Shown here: positions 33,548-38,544 of the stretch, in pieces
Position numbering within the stretch: the stretch's first letter is position 1
Layout of the letters: each line of letters opens with the position of its first letter
Source: an uncultured Elusimicrobium sp.
GTDB lineage: Bacteria; Elusimicrobiota; Elusimicrobia; Elusimicrobiales; Elusimicrobiaceae
Assembly (NCBI GenBank): GCA_900319325.1
Contig: ONOD01000001.1
Location: 1 to 38,544 of the forward strand
DNA length: 38,544 bases
Reading direction: 5' to 3'
The notes under the pieces: generated by a model
What the model was told of the DNA's origin: nothing
The model's database searches: none
What the model saw: the letters and a program-made list of their open reading frames with translations, nothing else
Program-made: the position numbers and the translations under genes

Positions 33548-35236
33548 ATGAAAAAATATATCTTTTTATTCATTATAGTGGGATTTCCTTTCATAACATT
33601 TGCGCAGACCATGTGCCGTGTGCAAGACCAAAAGCCGCTGGAGCTGTTGTCTAAAGAGCTTAAGCGCAGCATGAGAGTGTTTAAAAAACAAAAACCGCCT
33701 ATTTATTATATCGCATATAATTTAAATGATCTGAATCTTTTGGACATTGAGGTGAGCGAAAACGGAGTGGCGTATAAGGGAGACAGGCATCACTTCGTCT
33801 TGCAGGCCCAAGTCCGTGCCGGTAGTCCTCTAATGGATAATACCCGTACCTTGAAAATGGATAATACTAACTATTCTTTGGATACCCTGCAGATGCCCGA
33901 AATCGGGAAGGACGGCAAGGCATTTTCAACCACAGTGTGGCGACTAACGGAAAAGGCTGCCGAAGCTGCGCAACAGGATTTCAATCGTGTGCAGGCGGAT
34001 TCCCAAGCCGCTTCTGAGAGAGCCGACGATTCTCCGGATTTTGTGCTTCCTCAGAAAGAGACATTTTGTGAGGAATATCCTGCGCTTGAATTTGATAAGC
34101 AAAAGATTGAACAACTGTTGGTGAAGGCGTCAGATTTGACACGCGGGAAACCATATGTATTGTCCAGTTCTTTTTCGTTTGAAATGCAAAGCGGAAGCCG
34201 ATATTTTGCTGACTCGGTAGGCACCCAACTAAAAACCCCGGTGCGTTTAGCCCGGTTGTCATATATCTTACGTGGGAAAACTGCCGATGGCGCAAAGATA
34301 AATCGTTTTAATGCCTATGATGTGCTCAGCCAAGAGGAACTGCCAACTGAGCAGCAATTAATGGCTGATATTGAACAAAGTTTGCAGGAACTTCAATCTT
34401 TGTTAAAAGCACCGGAGGCGGAACCGATCACGGTGCCGGTTATTTTAAAAAACCGTGCGATGGCTGTTTTTGTGCATGAAGTACTGGGGCATCGCGTAGA
34501 GGGACATCGTCAAAAAGAGGATTCTTTCGGCAAGACGTTTACAGATAAAGTGGGACAAGAAATTGTGGCCCCGCTGCTTACAATTGTAGATGATGCTACA
34601 TTACCGTATTTCAATAATATTCCCTTGCGCGGGTTTTATCAATATGATGAAGAAGGGGTCAGGGCGCGCCCCGTTACGCTGGTGGAAAACGGAATTTTAA
34701 AAGGGTTTTTGATGAGTTCTAGTCCCATTAAGGGGTTTAATGCTTCCAACGGACACGGGAGAGGAGATGAGGGGTTGCGTCCGGTCGCTCGCATGGCTAA
34801 TACGCGAGTGACGGCATCGCAAACAGTTCCTTATGACAAATTGGAACAATTGCTTCTTCAGGAGATCAAACGCCAAAATAAACCCTATGGAATTATTATT
34901 GAAGATTTGTCGGGCGGATTTACAATGACAGAAACAAGCTCTCCGCAAACTTTCAAATTAACGCCTACATTGGTTTACCGGGTATATCCGGATGGGCGGA
35001 AAGAACCAATTCGGGGGGCAGATATTGTGGGCACCCCACTGGCGGCTTTCCGAGAAGTGATCTTTGCAGCGGACGATTATGATGTGTTTAATGGATCATG
35101 TCGCGCGGAATCGGAATGGGTACCTGTATCGGGGATTGCTCCTAGCGTATTACTGCGCAAGTTGGAATTTGAAAAAACAGGCAAGTCGGGTTTGCAACCA
35201 CCCTTGTTACCACCGCCTTTTGGGGAGGCAAAATAA
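33548..35236 (+). CDS. TldD-like metalloprotease (catalytic subunit) with N-terminal signal peptide
   Basis: HEVLGHRVEG (HExxGH), YDEEGV, LVENGILKGFL, NGHGR, RMAN and G.C...S.WVPVS motifs; N-terminus MKKYIFLFIIVGFPFITFA. Confidence 0.9.
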   Translation: MKKYIFLFIIVGFPFITFAQTMCRVQDQKPLELLSKELKRSMRVFKKQKPPIYYIAYNLNDLNLLDIEVSENGVAYKGDRHHFVLQAQVRAGSPLMDNTRTLKMDNTNYSLDTLQMPEIGKDGKAFSTTVWRLTEKAAEAAQQDFNRVQADSQAASERADDSPDFVLPQKETFCEEYPALEFDKQKIEQLLVKASDLTRGKPYVLSSSFSFEMQSGSRYFADSVGTQLKTPVRLARLSYILRGKTADGAKINRFNAYDVLSQEELPTEQQLMADIEQSLQELQSLLKAPEAEPITVPVILKNRAMAVFVHEVLGHRVEGHRQKEDSFGKTFTDKVGQEIVAPLLTIVDDATLPYFNNIPLRGFYQYDEEGVRARPVTLVENGILKGFLMSSSPIKGFNASNGHGRGDEGLRPVARMANTRVTASQTVPYDKLEQLLLQEIKRQNKPYGIIIEDLSGGFTMTETSSPQTFKLTPTLVYRVYPDGRKEPIRGADIVGTPLAAFREVIFAADDYDVFNGSCRAESEWVPVSGIAPSVLLRKLEFEKTGKSGLQPPLLPPPFGEAK

Positions 35237-36910
35237 ATGAAAAAACTCTTTCTTACATTTTTTTGTTTGTTTTTTGCATTAACGGGTTTTGCTGAAAAAT
35301 TGCCGGATAATATGTATTTTAAAGCAATGAAAGATGAAATGGACCGCTCACTTAAGAAATTGCGCCGCAAAGGAGTGCCCAACCTTTTTTCTATTACCTA
35401 TAAGTTGGAAAATTTGCAGTTGGCGCCCACTATTAAAGGATCGTTCGGCAAATTATATCCGCTTTCTACGCGGGATGAAAAATTGTCGGCGTACGTTGTA
35501 GTGTCTGTAGGGTCTGCTCAAAAAGACAGCTTGGGTTTTAAACACGGTTCGTATTCGTCCCGATATGCGTATGCGCCGGAATATGAGACAGATATCGCTA
35601 AGAGTTACGACGGAATCCGGCAGGCGCTATGGTATTTAACGGATGAGGGATATGTGTTTGCGGCGGACTTATATCAGCAAAAACAAGCGTACGAGCGGAC
35701 GAAACAACTGGCAGAGAAAAAGAACGCGCCCGATGTGGTTTTGTCCAAGCAGGCCCATTTTGTAGAAGAGATTTCTGCCTTGCCTGATTATGATGAGAAA
35801 AAAATAAAAGATTGGGTCAAAGAAGTTTCTGCGCTAGGGAAAGACTATGATTTTTTGGAGCAATTTGTGGTAGAAGTTTCCCCAGTAAAGCGGGATACCT
35901 ATTATCTAAATAGCTGGGGCGGCTTTTACCAGGTATCTGAACCGGCAGTTCAGGTGCAATTTTTGGCTCAGTTGCGTAATAAAGATGGCTTTAAACAAAG
36001 TTACCGAAACGAATTTTGGTTTTCTTCTATTCACGAAGATATGTATACCCAAATGCAAAAAGAAGCAAAGACGTTTTTGGAGGAGTTGGAAGGATTGTAT
36101 CAGGCCGTTAAACCGGAGGAGTATACGGGGCCGGTCCTCCTACGTCCGCAGGCTGCTGGGAAATTTGTATACAATTTGCTGGGTGAAAATGTCCAGAATA
36201 TAAAACCACTAATGTCTGCTAATCAACAGGAAGACCCCACTGCGGGCAAATTTCGCAAATTAGGGTTGCGAGTAATGGCCCCGGGGATTACCGTGTATGA
36301 TAATCCGTTGGCTCGTTACGTACCCAATACTAACATCCCTTTGGGCGGATTTATGCCGGTAGATGATGAGGGGGTGGCTGCCGAAAAACTAACGCTGCTA
36401 GAAGGCGGCCATCTACAGCAATTGCCGCGTACTATGCGTCCGCTAGCAGATCAAATTCCCAGTAATGGGCATGCGCGTATGATGCATCGGTCCTTTGCGC
36501 GTGAACGGCTCACCAATCTTCAGGTGCAGCCCCACACAACACTCAGCGAGGAAGAATTGGAACAAAAGTTGCTGGAGCGTTGCCGTGAATTGGGGCTTCC
36601 CTATGGGTACATCTTATATGATTTTCCCGAGGAAAACGGAGGGGTTGTTTCGCGGGCTATGCGGATATATACAGATAGTGAACGGCGGGAAATGGTATAC
36701 GGATTGCGTTTGTCCAATTTAACGACCCGAGCATTACGAGATATTATGGCTGCCGGAGAACAAACGCGCAGTATATGGTTAGATACGGACAGCGTGTTTA
36801 AGGGGCTTCCTACTCAAAGTATTTCTTCTCCATCCCTATTGGTGGATGAAATAGAGTTTATCCCTACGGATCAAAAACCTGACAAAAAACCATTCGTTCC
36901 AAAACCATAA
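35237..36910 (+). CDS. TldE/PmbA-like partner subunit with N-terminal signal peptide
   Basis: YTGPVLL, VDDEGV, SNGHAR and SPSLLVDEIE motifs; no HExxGH; coupled to tldD by TAAATG; N-terminus MKKLFLTFFCLFFALTGFA. Confidence 0.85.
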   Translation: MKKLFLTFFCLFFALTGFAEKLPDNMYFKAMKDEMDRSLKKLRRKGVPNLFSITYKLENLQLAPTIKGSFGKLYPLSTRDEKLSAYVVVSVGSAQKDSLGFKHGSYSSRYAYAPEYETDIAKSYDGIRQALWYLTDEGYVFAADLYQQKQAYERTKQLAEKKNAPDVVLSKQAHFVEEISALPDYDEKKIKDWVKEVSALGKDYDFLEQFVVEVSPVKRDTYYLNSWGGFYQVSEPAVQVQFLAQLRNKDGFKQSYRNEFWFSSIHEDMYTQMQKEAKTFLEELEGLYQAVKPEEYTGPVLLRPQAAGKFVYNLLGENVQNIKPLMSANQQEDPTAGKFRKLGLRVMAPGITVYDNPLARYVPNTNIPLGGFMPVDDEGVAAEKLTLLEGGHLQQLPRTMRPLADQIPSNGHARMMHRSFARERLTNLQVQPHTTLSEEELEQKLLERCRELGLPYGYILYDFPEENGGVVSRAMRIYTDSERREMVYGLRLSNLTTRALRDIMAAGEQTRSIWLDTDSVFKGLPTQSISSPSLLVDEIEFIPTDQKPDKKPFVPKP

Positions 36911-36911
36911 T

Positions 36912-36940
36912 AAAAAAGGCCGCTTTTGCGGCCCTTTTTT
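36912..36940. terminator. Bidirectional terminator between tldE-like and TPR genes
   Basis: AAAAAAGGCCGC-tttt-GCGGCCCTTTTTT. Confidence 0.85.
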
Positions 36941-37937
36941 ATTTCCATTCTTGTAATAATTTGGTGGCTACTTGCCTGGTGAAAGAGGTGTTTTCTATCT
37001 CGGCAGCTTTACGCAAATGATTGCGTGCGGCGCTACGTTGATTGAGCTCCCATTCACTCAGTGCCAAAAGGAGCCACCCCAGCGAACTATCAGGGTTTTT
37101 TTGTACCAATTTATAAGCAGCACGGGCGGCTTCTTGGTAATATTTAGTTTGGTAGAGAATCGCAATTCTATGCAGTTGTAAATCTGTGCGATCGGGAGCT
37201 AAATCCACTGCTGTATTAATGGCGGCCAGTGCATCGTCAAAACGATCTAGCCCTAAAGACGCCTTGGCACTAATTAACCAATAGTCCGGCTGTTGGGCAT
37301 CTTCTGTCAATGCCATGGTGATATGGATGAATGCCTGTTCAAAATTTCCCTGATTTAAGAAAGTGGAGGCGTATTGGGCCCTGTATTGTGGGGAAGCACT
37401 TGGGTTCAATTTGAAGAAATCATCGTAATACTTGCGTGCCTTGGAGAAAAACCCGAAGGTGCGATAATTTTCTGCCTGTCCGGCGAGCGCGTGTAGATTA
37501 TTGGGTTCTTGTTTTAATACGCGGTCATAGAGAACCTGCGATTTATCAATCAGGCCGGTGCGTTGATAAAGCGAAGCTGCCGAGTTGAGCAGGGGAATAT
37601 TATGCGGGTGAAATTCTAACGCTTCCAAATAAGTTTCCAGGGCTTTATCCAGTTGATTAAGCTGTTCATAGCTCATCCCGAGTAATCGGTAAGCACGTGC
37701 TTCACGGCGTTTTACGTTGCCGGCTTTGTAAATATATTGCGTCAGTTCCTGCACGGCTTCTTCATATTTTTGAGCGTTGTAAGAATCCCGCGCGCGTGCG
37801 TACTCTTGTTTGTCTCCAAACGGTGCAAAACCCAGGAACCCCTCTCTAAAGGAGCTGCACCCTCCCAGCAATAGCGCGCACATCATCAAGCATAGGTACT
37901 TATTTTTGGAATATGTAGGGTAACGCATAAAGCACAA
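36939..37937 (-). CDS. TPR-repeat lipoprotein (start codon uncertain)
   Basis: LGGC lipobox; repeated A...Y..AL...P TPR helices throughout. Confidence 0.85.
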   Translation of the reverse strand: MCFMRYPTYSKNKYLCLMMCALLLGGCSSFREGFLGFAPFGDKQEYARARDSYNAQKYEEAVQELTQYIYKAGNVKRREARAYRLLGMSYEQLNQLDKALETYLEALEFHPHNIPLLNSAASLYQRTGLIDKSQVLYDRVLKQEPNNLHALAGQAENYRTFGFFSKARKYYDDFFKLNPSASPQYRAQYASTFLNQGNFEQAFIHITMALTEDAQQPDYWLISAKASLGLDRFDDALAAINTAVDLAPDRTDLQLHRIAILYQTKYYQEAARAAYKLVQKNPDSSLGWLLLALSEWELNQRSAARNHLRKAAEIENTSFTRQVATKLLQEWK

Positions 37938-38544
37938 GATCCTCTTGTAAGGCTCCCAATTTTGAATAGGCTTCTTTAATGCCTACTTCTCCGGCCTGGT
38001 GGAGCTTCTTTAATTCCAATGTTTTGGTATCCAGCACGCGGTTAGTCAGTACAAAGTTTGCTTTGCGGGCAGCTTCCTCAATCATGGCAGCCGCGCGTAC
38101 GTCATTTACACGGTTTACGTAACCTAAAATGCTACTTGGAGTGGTAGAGGAAAAATCAAGCGGGGTGACAGAGGCAATGATGTAATCGGCCCCCATTTGC
38201 TGTACAGATTCCGTAGGCAAGTAATCCACGACAGCCCCATCTACCAAGGCACGGTGACGGTATTGGACAGGTTCAAATACGCCGGGTAAATTCATGCTGG
38301 CCCGCACAGCGATGGCCAACGGGCCTGAATTAAACAATACGCGTTCTCCGGTTTTTACGTCCATAGCGGAGCAAGAAAACGGGATCGGCATATCTTCAAA
38401 TTGCATGTCCCCCAGTTGTTCTTCAAAGAATTTAGGGAGATTGGAAGACGTTGGTAATTTGCTTGAAAATAAAAAGCGGAATAAGCCTATGATGTTAAAG
38501 TCAGGGGTAATGGTGCTTAAATTAATATGATTGCTATTTTTTTC
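37900..38544 (-). CDS. Patatin-like phospholipase (RssA-type), C-terminal part; 5' end beyond the window
   Basis: FEDMPIPF...A.D..TGE, AVRASMNLPGVFEPV and LVDGA motifs. The frame stays open from 38406 to the right edge. Confidence 0.88.
   Translation of the reverse strand, partial: EKNSNHINLSTITPDFNIIGLFRFLFSSKLPTSSNLPKFFEEQLGDMQFEDMPIPFSCSAMDVKTGERVLFNSGPLAIAVRASMNLPGVFEPVQYRHRALVDGAVVDYLPTESVQQMGADYIIASVTPLDFSSTTPSSILGYVNRVNDVRAAAMIEEAARKANFVLTNRVLDTKTLELKKLHQAGEVGIKEAYSKLGALQEDLVLYALPYIFQK

Noticed and set aside
585-38530. Numerous 60-210 aa ORFs antisense to or nested in the assigned genes
   Set aside because: No recognisable motifs; consistent with shadow ORFs of well-supported genes.

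Overview
Core-genome segment of a diderm (LPS-producing) bacterium with moderate GC. The gene content and divergent sequence style suggest Elusimicrobiota/Elusimicrobiaceae, which is my inference and was not tested. From left to right: a partial minus-strand murJ-like ORF that switches near nt 300 into unrelated sequence encoding a double-glycine leader plus SH3b-like domain (probably a chimeric contig end); gatB; pal-cpoB-tolB; a 16-kb minus-strand run of 13 tightly coupled genes (tpiA-deoC-[881-aa DnaA-like ATPase]-[FlgP/LPP20-like lipoprotein]-[FlgT-like lipoprotein]-comM-dprA-topA-xerC-ROK kinase-lptD-tdk-RDD); M23 peptidase-bactofilin-SurA_N-PfkB; a TlpA-like thioredoxin; tRNA-Leu(CAA); bamA-skp-lpxD-lpxC-fabZ-lpxA-lpxI; rpmB; terC/alx directly behind tRNA-Thr(TGT); a signal-peptide-bearing TldD/TldE-like pair; a TPR lipoprotein; and a partial patatin. 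I saw no CRISPR array, rRNA, IS element or prophage. The best candidate for an undescribed system is the DnaA-derived ATPase (no domain IV, altered Arg-finger and sensor II, long Thr-motif-rich linker, unrelated C-terminal domain), which is translationally coupled to two LPP20/FlgT-clan lipoproteins and to comM-dprA. Other notable points are the apparently exported TldDE, probable leaderless mRNAs, and a tRNA occupying the 5' leader of terC.
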